From the NCBI RefSeq assembly GCF_004010195.1, contig NC_057718.1:80176116-80240115 (forward strand): a stretch of 64,000 nt of DNA, in the 5' to 3' direction. Position 1 is the first letter of the stretch, and each line of letters starts with the position of its first letter. This DNA comes from Chiloscyllium plagiosum (lineage: Eukaryota). The translations under genes were made by a program, and so were the position numbers. Under the pieces are notes generated by a model that saw nothing but the letters and a program-made list of their open reading frames with translations, made no database searches and was not told the origin of the DNA. This document shows positions 49,701-62,700 of this stretch, piece by piece.

Positions 49701-52700
49701 CCTACCTCCCTTTCTCAACACAGACTGATCTCTTTCCTCACAAACTCACGAGGTCCCACCCCTTAACAGTTCAAATCCTCCCAAGCAGCTGTAGAAAATC
49801 TCCCCACCAGTATATTAATCACTTTCCAATTCAGGTGCAATCCATCCTTCTTATACAGGTCACTTCTACAACAGAAGAGATTCCAATAATCCAAAAATGT
49901 GAAGCCTTTGCCTCTGCACAAGCTCCTCAGCTATGCATTCATCTGTTCTATCTTAGAGTCATAGAGATGTACAACACAGAAACAGACCCTTCAGTCCAAC
50001 TCATCTATGTCAACCAGATAACTTAACCTAATCTAGTTCTATTTGCCAGCACTTGACCCATATCCGTCTAAACTCTTCCTATTCATATACCCATCCAGAT
50101 GCCTATTAAATGCTGTAATTGTACTAGCCTCCACCACTACCTCTGGCAGCTCATTCCATACACACACCACCTCTGTGAAAGATTTGCCCCTTAGGTCCCT
50201 TTTATATCTTTCCCCTCTCATCTTAAACCTATGCCCTCTGTTGTGGACTCTCTCACCCAGGGAAAAGACCTTGTCTATTCATCCTATCCATGTCCCTCAT
50301 AATTTTGTAAACCTATATAAGGTCACCCCTCAGCCTCCAAAGCTCCAGGCAAAACAGCCCCAGCCTATTTAGCTCACCCTACAGCTCAAATCCTCCAATC
50401 CTGGCAACATCCTTGTAAATCTTTTCTGAGCCTTTTCAAGTTTCACAACATCCTTCCTATTGGACGGAGACCAGAATTGCATGCAATATTCCAAACCAAT
50501 GTCCTGTGCAGCTGCAATATGACCATCTCTAATCAGTCCTTGCCTTTCCAAATACATGTAAATCCTGTCCCTCAGGATCCCCTCCAATAACTTGCCCACC
50601 ACCGATGTTAGGCTCACCGGTCTATAGTGCCCTGGATTTTTCTTACTACTTTTCTTAAACAATGGCACCACGTTAGCTAACCACCAGTCTTCCGGTACCT
50701 CACCTGTGACTATCGATTATACAAATATGTCAATAAGGGACACAGCAATCACTTCCCGACCTTCCCACAGAGTTCAAGGGTACACCTGATCAGGGCCTGG
50801 GGATTTATCCACTTTTATACTTTTCAAGGCACCCAGCATCTGCTCTTCTGAAATATGGACATTTTTCAAGATGTCACCATCTATTTCTCCACATTCTATA
50901 TCTTCCAAGTCCTCCTCCACAGTAACCATTGATGCAAAATACTAATTTAGTATCTCCCCGCCTATCTCCTGTGATTCCACACATGGGCTGCCTTGCTGAT
51001 CTTTGAGGGGCCCTATTTTCTCCCTAGTTACCCATTTGTCCTTAATATGTTTATAAAAACCCTTTTGATTCTCCTTAACCCTATTTGCAAAAGCTATCTC
51101 ATGTCCAATTTTTGCTCTCCTGATTTCCCTTTTAAGTATACTCCTACTGCCTTTCTACTTTTCTAAGGATTTGTTCGACAAACCCTGTCTATACCTGACA
51201 CATGCTTATTTTTTTTTCTTAACCAAACCCTCAATTTTTCTAGTCATCCAGCTTTCCCCACACCCACCAAATTTTCCATTCACCCTAACAGGAATATACT
51301 GACTGCGGATGCTCATTATCTCATTTCTGAAGGCTTTCCATTTTCCAGCTGTCCCTTTACCTGTGAACATCTGCCCCCAATCAGCTTTTGAAAGATCTTG
51401 CCTAATACCATCAAAATTGGCCTTTCTCCAATTTAGCACCTTCAACTTTTAGATCTGGTCTATCCTTTTCAATCACAGTTTTAAAACTAATAGAATTATG
51501 GTCACTGGCCCCAAAATGCTCCGTCATCTGCCCTGCCTTATTTCCCAAGATTAGGTCAAGTTTTGCACCTTCTCTAGTAGGGTACATCCACATCCTGAAT
51601 CAGAAAATTTTCTGGTACACACTTAACAAATTCCTCTCCATCCAAGCCTTTAACACTATGGCAGTTCCAGTCTATATTTGCAAAGTTAAAATCCCCTACT
51701 ATAACCACCCTATTATTCTTGCAGATAGCTGAGATCTCCTTACAAGTTTGTTCCTCAATTTCCCTCTGACTATTAGGGGGTCTATAATACAATCCCACTA
51801 AGGTGATTATTCCTTTCTTATTTCTCAGTTCCCCCCAAATAACGTCCTTGGATGTATTCCCAGGAACATCCTCCCTAATACAGCAGCAATGCTATCACTT
51901 ATCAAAAATGCCACTCACCCCTCCTCTCTATCCTTCCTATTGCATTAGTATACTGCAGCATGAAGCTGCCAGTCCTGTCCATCCCTGAGCCATATTTCTA
52001 TAATTGTTATGAAATCCCAATCCCAAGTTCCTAACCATGTCCTGAGGTCATCTGCCTTCCCTGTTAGGTCTCTTGTGGTGAAGTAAATGCAGTTTAATTT
52101 ATCAGTCCTATCTTGTTTTATGCTTTGCCTGTCCTGACTGTTTGACTCAATCCTTTTCTCAACTGTACTAGTCTTGGATTGATCTCTTTCCTCCATATTT
52201 CCCTGGGACTCACCCCACCTCCTTACTAGTTTAAATCCTCCCAAGCAGCCCTACCAAATCTCCCTGCGAGTATATTAGTCCCCTTCCAATTCAGGTGCAA
52301 TCCATCCTTCTTATAAAGGTCACTTCTACCCCAGAAGAGATTCCAATTGTCCAAAAATGTGAACCCTTCTCTCCTGCACCACTTCTCAGCCACGGATTCA
52401 TCTGCTTTATCCTCATATTCCTACCCTCACTAGCTCATAGCACTGGGAGTAATCCAGATATTACTACATTCGAGGATCTCCTTTTTAAAATCCTGTCTAA
52501 CTTTCTGCATTCTCCCTTCAGAATCTCATCCTTTTTCCCCTTCCTATGTCATTAGTTCCAATGTGTACAATGACCTCCTGCTGGTCCCTCTCCCCTTTGA
52601 GAACATTCTGCACCCTCTCTGAGATATCCTTGATCCTGGCACCAGAGAAGCAACACACCATTCTGATTTTTTGCTGATGGCTGCAGAAACAGCTGTCTGT

Positions 52701-54790
52701 GCCTCTGACTAGAGAGTCCCATATCAATCGATCGCTTGGAACCCGACATACCCCGCATTATATTACAGCCAGTCTCGATACCAGAAACTTGGCTGTTCAT
52801 GCTACCTTCCCCCGAAAATCCATCACCCCCTCCATTTTCCGAGACTTCTTTGCAATGGGGATAGCCAAAGAAGACTCCTGTACTACCTGCCTACTACTCT
52901 TACCTTTCCTGGAGTTAACTCATCTACCTGACTCTTAGCTGTGGCCTTTCTGCCTTCCTATAACTGCCATCCATCACACCCCCTACCTCTTGTAAAATTG
53001 TTATTGCCTCTAACTACAACTCCAACCGATCTATGTGCTATGATTGGTTTCCCAACCAAAGACACTTCCTGCAGACATAATCATCAGTAACATGGAAATG
53101 CTCCCTAAACTCCAATGTCCAACAGGAAGAGCATATCACTCTACAAAATGCCATCTTTGCTCCTTCACAATCTACAGACCCAGAAAATAGCACTGCCTTT
53201 TTGCTCTAAAAATCTGTGTTCCAGGCTAACTTAGTACTTATTGTGTATATTCTTAAAATTTAATCAAGAAACAGATCTCAATAAAACATATAATCAAGAA
53301 AGAACCCACTCTACTCACTACTGTAGACTTACAGCAAGGTTACACTTAAAACTATGCACTTATGTGTTCCTGCGCTGTGAGCTCTCCCACACAGGTTCCT
53401 CCAAGGTCTGCTGTGAATTTCACTGTTTGTTAATTTTTCCTGGACATACTCTGATGTCCAGAGATACATGAACTCAAACAGCAAAGGCAGTAATTGTTGA
53501 GTTTCACTGTTGTGACAGTAGGCAGTGTAGGTTTTTTTCTCTTTCTCTCTCACTGAACATGGAGTCACTGCCTTTTATCTGTCTTCCTCCTTTTAAAAGT
53601 GCCGTTGGTTTGATCTTTTCCCCCCAAAGTTTCAAAACAATGCAACAGCACATAAAACAGTAATTGCTGCTCCTGGGAATTCAAAGAAGTCACCTCCAAC
53701 ATCTAAAATACCTCAAAAAAAAGGAGCAGCTCTTTACAGCCACAAATTTTTCCAATCCTCCATCTTGGATTACCCAAAATCCTTCCTATTCTGACTCTCA
53801 CTAGCTCGTGGAACCTAGAGTAATCCAGATATTGCTACGCTCGAGGACCTCCTGTTTAAATTCCCACCTGACTCCCTATACTCTCTCCTCAGAATCACAT
53901 CCTTTTCCCTTCTTATGTCATTTGTTCCAATGTGCACATCGACCTACTGCTGGTCCCACTCCCCTTTGAGAATATTCTGCACACTCTCCAAGATATTCTT
54001 GATCCTGGCACCAGGGAGGCAACACCCCATTCTGATTTCTCTGTCTGCTGCAGAAATGCCTGCCTTTGACTCTGAATATTGATCCCCCGATCATAATCGA
54101 TCACTTGAAACTTGACATAATGCTTGTTACATTACAGCCAGTTTTGGTACCAAAAACTTGGCTGTCAGTGCTACATTCCCCTGAGAGTCCATCACGCCCT
54201 ACATTTTCCAAAACAGCATACTTCTTTGAGGTGGGCATGACCTGCCTCCCTCTCCGGAGGTAACCCATCTACCTGACTGTATCTGTGGTTTTTCTCCCTT
54301 CCTATAATTGCCATCTATCACACCCCTTAACTCCTATAAATTCCTCATTGCCTCTAATTGCTGCTCCAACCAATCCATGCAATCCAATAGGATTTGCAAT
54401 GAAACACACTTCCTGCAGACATAATCATCAGTCACATGTAAACTCTCCCTAATCTCCCACATCCAACAGGAAAGAGCACATCTTCTACTAAAGGCCACTG
54501 TAACAATCTACAGATGCAGAAAATAGCAGTCTTACTACTCTAACAAACACTGGCCCAGGCTAATTTAGTCCCCATATTTTACACTTTAAAGTTTAATCAA
54601 GAGACAGATCTCAATAAAATATACAAAAACAAAAAGGAACCCAATCTACTCACTATAGTCGATTTACAAAAAAACAGTAAGGTTACACTTTAAAAGGCTT
54701 CTCCCTTGCTGTGAGCTCTTCCACAGGTTTTTCCAAGGTCAGCTGTGAATTTCACTGTTTGTTAAATTTCTCTTAAATGACTCTGATATC
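46790..54790 (-). mobile_element. Two nested near full-length CR1 LINEs (outer 46790-49952 plus 53775-54790; inner ~49953-53770)
   Basis: RT motifs SQHGF and LTSVVGKLLE; endonuclease GLYYRPPN, VGDFN, HFGASDHN; esterase WDSLVR..VHIGTND; both 5' UTRs present. Confidence 0.9.
49335..49670 (-). mobile_element. HE1-type V-SINE
   Basis: V-domain ggaaaccggagcacccggagtaaacccacgcagacac and tRNA-like head. Confidence 0.88.
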
Positions 54791-55247
54791 TCAGCCTCTA
54801 GCCTGAACTAGGGCATGTTACTTGCACTCACCAGCCTTCCAGTTCTGAAAGGGTACACTGGAAGCAGAATTTGATAAAGTTTGATATTGAGGTGGCATGA
54901 AAACTGAATGAGGGTTTAAGATGGCGTGAGAAGTGAGAGCTTGAGGGTATAAAAATCTTTCATACAGTTGGTATGACGTCCCAGAGAACCAAAGTGGATC
55001 TTGTAACTATCTTGCTTCAGCAATTGAATGTCGCTGGGGTTTGCAGGCATATACTCTGTCATACCTCACCCTCACCACCCTCCACACCCCCCTCCCCCAA
55101 CCCACACACACACACACACACACAGAGTCTCCCTCTCTGCCCCACACACAAACATACACAGTTCAGGTAAAAGTCTTTCTCTAAAGAGTGGTGAAAATGT
55201 CAAACTTCCTATCACACGGAGCTATTGAAGTGATAAGTGTTGACACA

Positions 55248-55557
55248 TAGAATCCCTACAGTGTGGAAACAGGCCCTTCAGCCCAACAAGTCCACACCAA
55301 CCCTCCAAGGGGTAACCCACCCAGACCCATTCCCCTTTATTTACCCCTGACTAATGCACTTAACCTGCACATCCCTGAACACTATAGGCAATTGAGCATA
55401 GCCAATTCACCTAACCTGCGCATCTTTGGACTGAGAGAGAAAACTAGAGCACCCGGAGGAAACCCATGCAAGCTCCGCATAGATAGTTGCTCGCGGCTGG
55501 AATCAAACCCTGGTATCTGGTGCTGTGAGACAGCTGTGCTACCCACTGAGCCGTCAT
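55248..55557 (-). mobile_element. HE1-type V-SINE
   Basis: tagaatccctacagtgtggaaacaggccc tail, V-domain, head ending ccactgagcc. Confidence 0.87.
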
Positions 55558-56196
55558 GTTATGGAAAGCTAGGCAAGCATACAATGAAGAAACTATAGTG
55601 GCTTACAATAATAGGTTTAGATGTGTAAAGGTAGGATTAGAATTGAGTGGAGACTAAATATCAACACAGACTAATTGAGCTAAATAGCTTGATTCTGTTC
55701 CCTCCATCCTATGTAATCAATGCAATCCTCTGTTAGAAGAGAAAATAAAATAGAAAAATGCTCCAAGAAGCATGAAAATGCTGTAGCATTTTAAAATTCA
55801 AACTCTGTTTTTAAATAACACTGGCTAGGCTAGCATTTATTGTCCATCCCCAATTGCCCTTGGGAAGTGGTAGTGAGCTGCCTTTTTGAACCGTCCTTGA
55901 GAAATGGCAGATATTAATCAAAATTTAGCATTTTTAAAAAATACAGCTTTATTGTGATCAGGTATTCCACAATTTTCAAGAGGTGTTTTAATGAAGGTTT
56001 CTAAGATTATGAAGAGCTTTGATAGGTGAAGAGAGAAGGACTAATTAGAAAGTCAGTGATAAATTATCATTAGGTTTGACTTTTCAGCAGCAGAGTACAG
56101 AGAGTTTAGGAGGAATTTGACCAAGCAAAGTGTTGTTGAAGATGGTTAAAAATCAAACAACACGAGGTTATAGTCCAACAGGTTTAATTGGAAGCA

Positions 56197-56231
56197 TACT
56201 AGCTTTCGGAGTGACGCTCCTTCATCAGGTG
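56197..56231 (-). ncRNA. Minimal hammerhead ribozyme motif in a Penelope pLTR fragment (~56145-56365)
   Basis: Minus strand AC-CUGAUGA-AGGAG(CGUCA)CUCC-GAAA-GCUA-GU. Confidence 0.65.
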
Positions 56232-56749
56232 ATAATGGAGGGCTCAATGCTAACAGAATTTATCGCAGGAATTTACAGTGCGATGTAACTGAAATTATAC
56301 ATTGAAAAATTGATTGCCTATTAAACCTTTCATCTGTTCGAATACAGTTATAGTTTCACTTCTTTGTTGAAGATGAGAATGGTTCTGTCACAGGAAATAG
56401 TTCAAAGAGCCAGACAGCATCAGGAGATGGAGATGTCAACATTTCTGGTGTGGGGGTGGGTGTAAGGGGAGCTGAAGCTTGCTGTGTTCGTCCAGCATCC
56501 TGCTTATCTACCTGGATTCCAGCATCTGTCTCTAACTGGAAATAGTTCAGGCAAAGGCTACGACACCTCCTTGATACTGAATAAGATGCAAGGCTTTGTG
56601 AGTAAACGGTACAATATGATTAATTTTGAATTGATTGAGTAAAAAGACACACAGATAATGACACATGTGTGTTGCTTCCTTTGCTGAAAACTTCATAGAT
56701 TCTTCAAATCATTATTTGTGTCACGTGTCAAACTAGTCAAGCAACTATT

Positions 56750-59150
56750 TGCAGAGTCATACCTTACAGACAATCTCTCATCCCTGGGTATGTCCTGTCT
56801 CACCAGCAGGTCAGACCCACAAGAGATGGTAGCACAGTTATATACTATTGGGAGAATATTGTCCTGGAAGTACTCAATATTGACTCCAGACCCTTGAGGG
56901 GTCAAATATGGGTAAAGAAATCTCATGCTAAATACCACTTATGATACCTCCACACTCACTACCACACCTCACCCTGACTGACCAATCAGTATTTCTCCAT
57001 ATTGAACAATAATTGGAAGAAGCCCTGAGGATTGGAAGGGCACATAATGTATTATAGAGTCATAGAGATGCACAGCATAGAAACAGGCCCTTCGTTCCAA
57101 CTCATCCATTTCCTAATTTAGTCTAGTCCCATTTGCCAACACCTCGCCCATATCGCTCAAACCCTTCCATTCATATACCCATCCAAATGCCTTTCAAATA
57201 ATGCCATTGTACCAGCCTCCACCACTTCCTCTGGCAGCTCACTCCATACATGCATCACCCTCTGCGTGAAAACATTGCCCCTTAGGTCCCTTTTATATCT
57301 TTCCCTTCTCATCCTAAACCTATGCCGTCTAGTCTGGATTCCCCCACCCCATGGAAAAGACTTTGTCTATTTACCCTATCCATGCCCCTCATGATTTTAT
57401 AAACCTCTATGAGGTCTCTCAGTGGGGAAATGCAACGGACAGAGCCATTAGGTTAGTTTGTAACAGGTGGCGAGGGAATCAACATGGAGAAACCCAAATC
57501 ACCTCATTCTCACAAATCTGTCTTTTAAAGATGCATCTAGCCGTGAGATTACTGTTAAGAATGACCACTGCACAATCCTTTTGGAGTCAAAGGCTTGTCT
57601 TAGTAGGGCTCTTGCCCAAAACGTCGATTCCCTCCTGCTCCTCAGATGCTGCCTGACCTGCTGTGCTTTTCCAGAACCCCACTCTCGACTCTGATCTCCA
57701 GCACCTGCAGTCCTCATTTTCTCCCTGCTTTATCATTGATGATATCCTATTGCGTTATATGACACTATTACCATTCTGAATAAAACAGTTTTCAAACAAT
57801 CCTAGCATCCCAAAAATGGGTATCCATGGAACACTGCAGGTCATCAGCAGGAGGAGAACTGTATTCAGTCATAATCTGAAACCTCATAGCTCGACATATG
57901 TCTGACCATACCTTTACAATTAAGCTACAGAACCAATCTTGATTCAAGAAAAAGTGCAGGACCACATGCCTGGAGCAGCACCATTGCAGATTGAAAAAGA
58001 GATGTGAATCTGGTGAAGCTACGAGAGAGGACTACTTATATTCCAAAGAAGAGAAGATGCCTGCAATACACAAAGCTAAGCAATCCCATGACCAATGGAT
58101 CAGATCTATGCTTTGCAGACCTGCCACATTCAGTTGTGAATGATTATGGACAATTAAACAATTAACAAGGGAAGGCTCCACAAATATTCCAAACTTCAAT
58201 AATGGTAAAGTCCTTCACATCAAAGCAGAAAATGAGGATAAAGCATTTGCATCCAGTCTTCAAACCAAGTTGTTGACTCGACATAACGTCAAGAAATCAG
58301 TATCAAACTTTGGATACTGAAAAGGTTCTTAGCCTTTCAATATTTCAATAATAACTCTGAAGACTTAGCTCGAGAACCAGCCATGCCTTATTCAACAATT
58401 CCAACACTGGTGCCTACTCAGGTATGTCCAGTCTGCAAACATCAGGACAATTTCGACCCATCAATCAAGCAGCATCTGCACAGCCATAACCTGCTCACTG
58501 ACACTTCATTTTGGATTCACCAAGGGCACTCCAATCCTGAATGTTGAGATATAGAAAATTACATTTGAGAAAGAGGCCCTACGGCCCAACATGTCTGCAC
58601 CAGTCATCAAGTATCTTCATTAAGGCCCTGCTGAACCTCCTGTTCTTTACCTTAAATCTATATTCTTTCGCTATCAATCAATCTATTAAGAGGAAAGGTT
58701 TTATCCTCCCTTCCCTATCCTATGACCCTCATAACTTGGCACACTTTAGTTATCTTGGCCAATCATCTCAATCCAAGGAACTCACTACAGGAGTTCTTCA
58801 GAATAGTGTGCCAGGCCCAAAAATCTTCAGCTGCTTCACCAATGACTTTCCTTCTAACATAACGTCAGAACTGGGGATGTTTGCTGATGATTGCGCAATG
58901 TTCAGCACCATTTCCTACACAGCAGATATTACAGCATTGTGTATCCATGTACATTCAGGTCAACATCTAGGTTTCGGCTGTTAAGTGGAGTAGAACGATC
59001 ATTTCATGTGAGTGTTAGGCAATGAGATAAGAGGTAATTAAACTATCGCCCCTCCAGTTGAATAGCATTATTGAATCCCACACTAACAACATTCTGGGAG
59101 AGTTAGCATTAATCAGAAACTTAAATGGACTTGCAATTTAAATACCATGG
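56750..59150 (+). mobile_element. Old, diverged CR1-clade LINE ORF2, interrupted by a CR1 tail (57056-57415, minus) and a pLTR
   Basis: ESYLTD..IPGYVLSHQQ (endonuclease); GVLQNSVPGPKIFSCFTNDF..MFADD. Confidence 0.7.
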
Positions 59151-59739
59151 TGATGATTGCAAGTCAGGGGTTTGGAATTCATAGAACATAAAGTCAAAAG
59201 AGATCCTATGGCCCATCGAGTGTGCACTGCTCTCAATCTTCACTTTCTAGTATGTGTCCATAGCATTGAATGTTATGACATTTTAACCGCATACATTTTA
59301 ATGGCTGAGGTTTCCCACCTCAACTGTCCTTGCAGACACTGCATTCCAGATACCCATCACCCTTTGAGTGAAAAGCTTTTTTTCCCTCAAATCCCCTCTA
59401 AGCCTCCTATCTTTCACCTTAAATTTATGACCCTTTGTTAATACCCTTTATCAAAGAGCAATTTCTTTTCCATCACTGTCCAGGCCCCTCACAATCTTAT
59501 ACATTTTAATCAAGTCACGTCTCAGTCTTCCCGGCTCTAAAAAAGAACAACCCAAGACTATCCAGTCTCTCTTCATACCCAAAATGCTTCAGCCCAGGCA
59601 ACATCCTAGTGAATCTCCTCTGCATCCCTCCACTAGGGCAATCGCATGAATTCTATAATGTGGTGACCACAGCCGTGACCTAAGCAAAAGTTCTATACAG
59701 CTCCAACATAACTTCCCTGCTTTAATTTTCTGTGCTATG

Positions 59740-62700
59740 ATGATAAAGAGTGAAAAAGGATAGCACAGCAGGTCAGGGAGCAGCTGAGGAACAGGAGAGC
59801 CGATGCTTCGGGCAAAAGCCCTTCATCAGAACCGTGGAGAGCAAAGGAGGCTAAGAGATAAATAGGGTGAGTGAGGGGAGATTTAGAAACTGGTGATGTC
59901 AATGTTGATGCTGGGTGCTTGTAGGGTCCCGAGCTGGAAGATGAGGTGTTCTTCATTCAGTTGGTGGGTGACTTTGATGGAGCAGTTTGGGTATGAAGAG
60001 AGGCTGGATAAGCTTGGGTTGTTCTTTTTTAGAGCAGAGAAGACACTTACGTGACTTAATTAAAATGTATAAGATTATGAGGGGCCTGGACAGTGATGGA
60101 AAAGAAGTTGCTCTTTGATTTGGCAGTGGAGGCGGCCCAGGATTTGCATGTCCTTAGGGAGTATGAGGAGGAGTTGAAGCGGTTGGCCACAGGGCAGTGG
60201 GGTTGTTGGGTGCATGTGGACTAGAAATGTTCCCTGAACTGCTCTGTGAGTTGGCATTCTGTCTCCACAATGTAGAGGAGATCACATCGAGAGCAACGGA
60301 TGCAGTAAATAAGGTGGGTGGATGTGCAGGAAAATCTCTCCTGGATTTGAAATTAACCTTGAGGGCCTTGGATGGAGGTGGTGGGGGGGCAGGTGTGGGT
60401 GCAGGTTTTGCATCTCGTGCAGCGGGAAGTATAGAATAGGTTGATGGGGCATGGACCTAACAAGGGAGCTGTGGAGGGCATGGTCTCTGCGAAACACAGA
60501 TAGTGGTGGGGAGAGAAACATATCTCTGGTCGTGGGGTCTGAGGGCAAAAATGGTGGAGGATAATGCACTGTATGCAGAGAGTAGTGGGGTGGAGGATGA
60601 GTACCAAGGGGATTCTAGGCAGACATGGATACTGCAGATGCTGAAGATTAGAGTCAAGATTAGAGTGGTGCTGGAAAAGCACAGCAGGTCAGGCAGCATC
60701 CGAGGATAAGAAAAATCGACATTTCGGGAAAAAGCCCTTCATCAGGAATGCGGCTAGGAGCCTCAGGGTGGAGACATAAATGGGAGGGGGTGGGGCTGGA
60801 AAGAAGGTAGCTGAGAATGCAATAGGTGGATGGAGGTGGAGGTAAAGGTGATAGGTCGGATAGGAGGGTCAAGCAGCTAGGTGGGAAGGAAGATTGACAG
60901 GTAGAACTGTGCTGAGCTGGAAGGTTGGAACTGGGGTAAGGCGGGGGGAGGAGAAATGAGGAAACTGGTGAAGTCCACATTGATGCCATGGAGTTGAAGG
61001 ATCCCGAGGTGGAAGGTAAGGTGTTCTTCTTCCAGGTGTCAGGTAGTGAGGGAATGGCGACGGAGGAGACCCAAGACCTGCATGTCCTCGGCAGAGTGGG
61101 AGGGGGAGTTGAAATGTTCGTCCATGGGGCGGTGGGGTTGATTGGTGCGGATTTCTCAGAGATATTCTCTGAGGCGCTCTGCGAGAAGGCTTCTGGTCTC
61201 TCCAAAGTAGAGGAGACTGCATTGGGAGCAATGGATACAATAAATGACATGTGTGAAAGTGCAGGTGAAACTTTGATAGAAGTGGAAGGTTCCTTTAGGG
61301 CCTTGGACAGAGGTGAGGGGGGAGGTGTGGGTACAGGTTTTGCAATTCCTGCGGTGGCAGGGGAAGGTACCAGGAAGGGAAGGTGGGTTGTTGGCGGGTG
61401 TGGGCCTGACCAGGTAGTCACGGAGGGAATGGTCTTTGCAGAAAGTAGATAGGGGTGGGGTCTGTTTGTAGGAGGCAGATAGGAGGGGTAACTGTGGTCT
61501 TTAAAGGAGACCATCTGGTGTGTTCTGTGGTGGAACTGGTCCTCTTGCAAGCAGATACGGCAGAGGCGGAGGAGGAGGAATTGGGAATACAGGATAGCAT
61601 TGTTGCAGGTGGTAGGGTGGGAAGAGGTGTAATCCCAGTAACTATGAGAGTCGGTGGGTTTGTAGAAATTGTCAGCGTTGAGTTAGTCATTGTTGATGGA
61701 AATGGAGGGGTCCAGGAAGGGGAGGAAGGTATCAGAGCTGGTCCAAGTGAATTTCAGGTTGGGGTGGAATGTATTGGTGAAGTTGATGAACTGTTCAACC
61801 TCCTTGTGGGAGCACAAGGTGGTGCCAATGCAGTCATCAATGTAGTGAAGGAAAAGGTGGGGAGTGTTGCCAGTGTAACTCCAAAGATGGACTGTTCTAT
61901 GTAGCCAACAGAGACACGCAAAGCTGGGGCCCATGCGGGTGTCCATGGCTACCCTTTTCGTCTAGAGGAAGTGGGAGGATTCAAAGGAGAAATTGTTGAG
62001 GGTGAGGACCAGTTCAGCCAAACAAATAAGAGTGTCAGTGGAAGGATACTAGTGGAGGCGTCACGAGAGGAAGAAATGGAGAGCTCGGAGGCCCTAGTCA
62101 TGGCGGATGGAGGTATAGAGGGACTGGATGTCCATGTTTAAGATGAGGCATTGGGGGCCAGGCAAATGGAAGTCTTCGAGGAAGTGGAGGGCATGGATGG
62201 CATCCCGAATGTATGCGGGGAGTTCCTGGACCGGAGGGGAGAGAAGGGGTTCTATCCTTGTTGCGGCTGGAGCGGTGGGGTTCAAGGGCGGACGTGTGGG
62301 TAGTGGCGGAGATGCACTGGAGGACATTTTTGATCATGTGGGAGGGGAAATTGCAGTTCTTGAAATAGTAGGACATTTGGGATGTCCTAGAGTGGATTTG
62401 GTCCTCCTGGAAGCAGATACGACAAAGACAGGAGAATTAGGAGTAAAGAATTTCCTTTTTCCAGGAAGGAAAGCAGGAGGAAGTATAGTCAAGGTAGCTG
62501 TTCCACGTGGAACAGTCCCTCTTCCAGAGTTACACGGGCATCATTTCTTCCTTTTCCTCTGCTGCATTGATGACTGTGTCGGCGCCTACAAGGAGGTTGA
62601 AGTGTTCATCAACTTCACCAACACCTTCTTCTCTGACCTCAAGTTCTTCAGCACATCCATCCCCTTCCTCGACCTCTCAGTCTCTTTCTCCAGCGACTGA

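Noticed and set aside
60660..61550. 296-aa Pro/Ser-rich ORF
   Set aside because: Alternative frame of a decayed Penelope element
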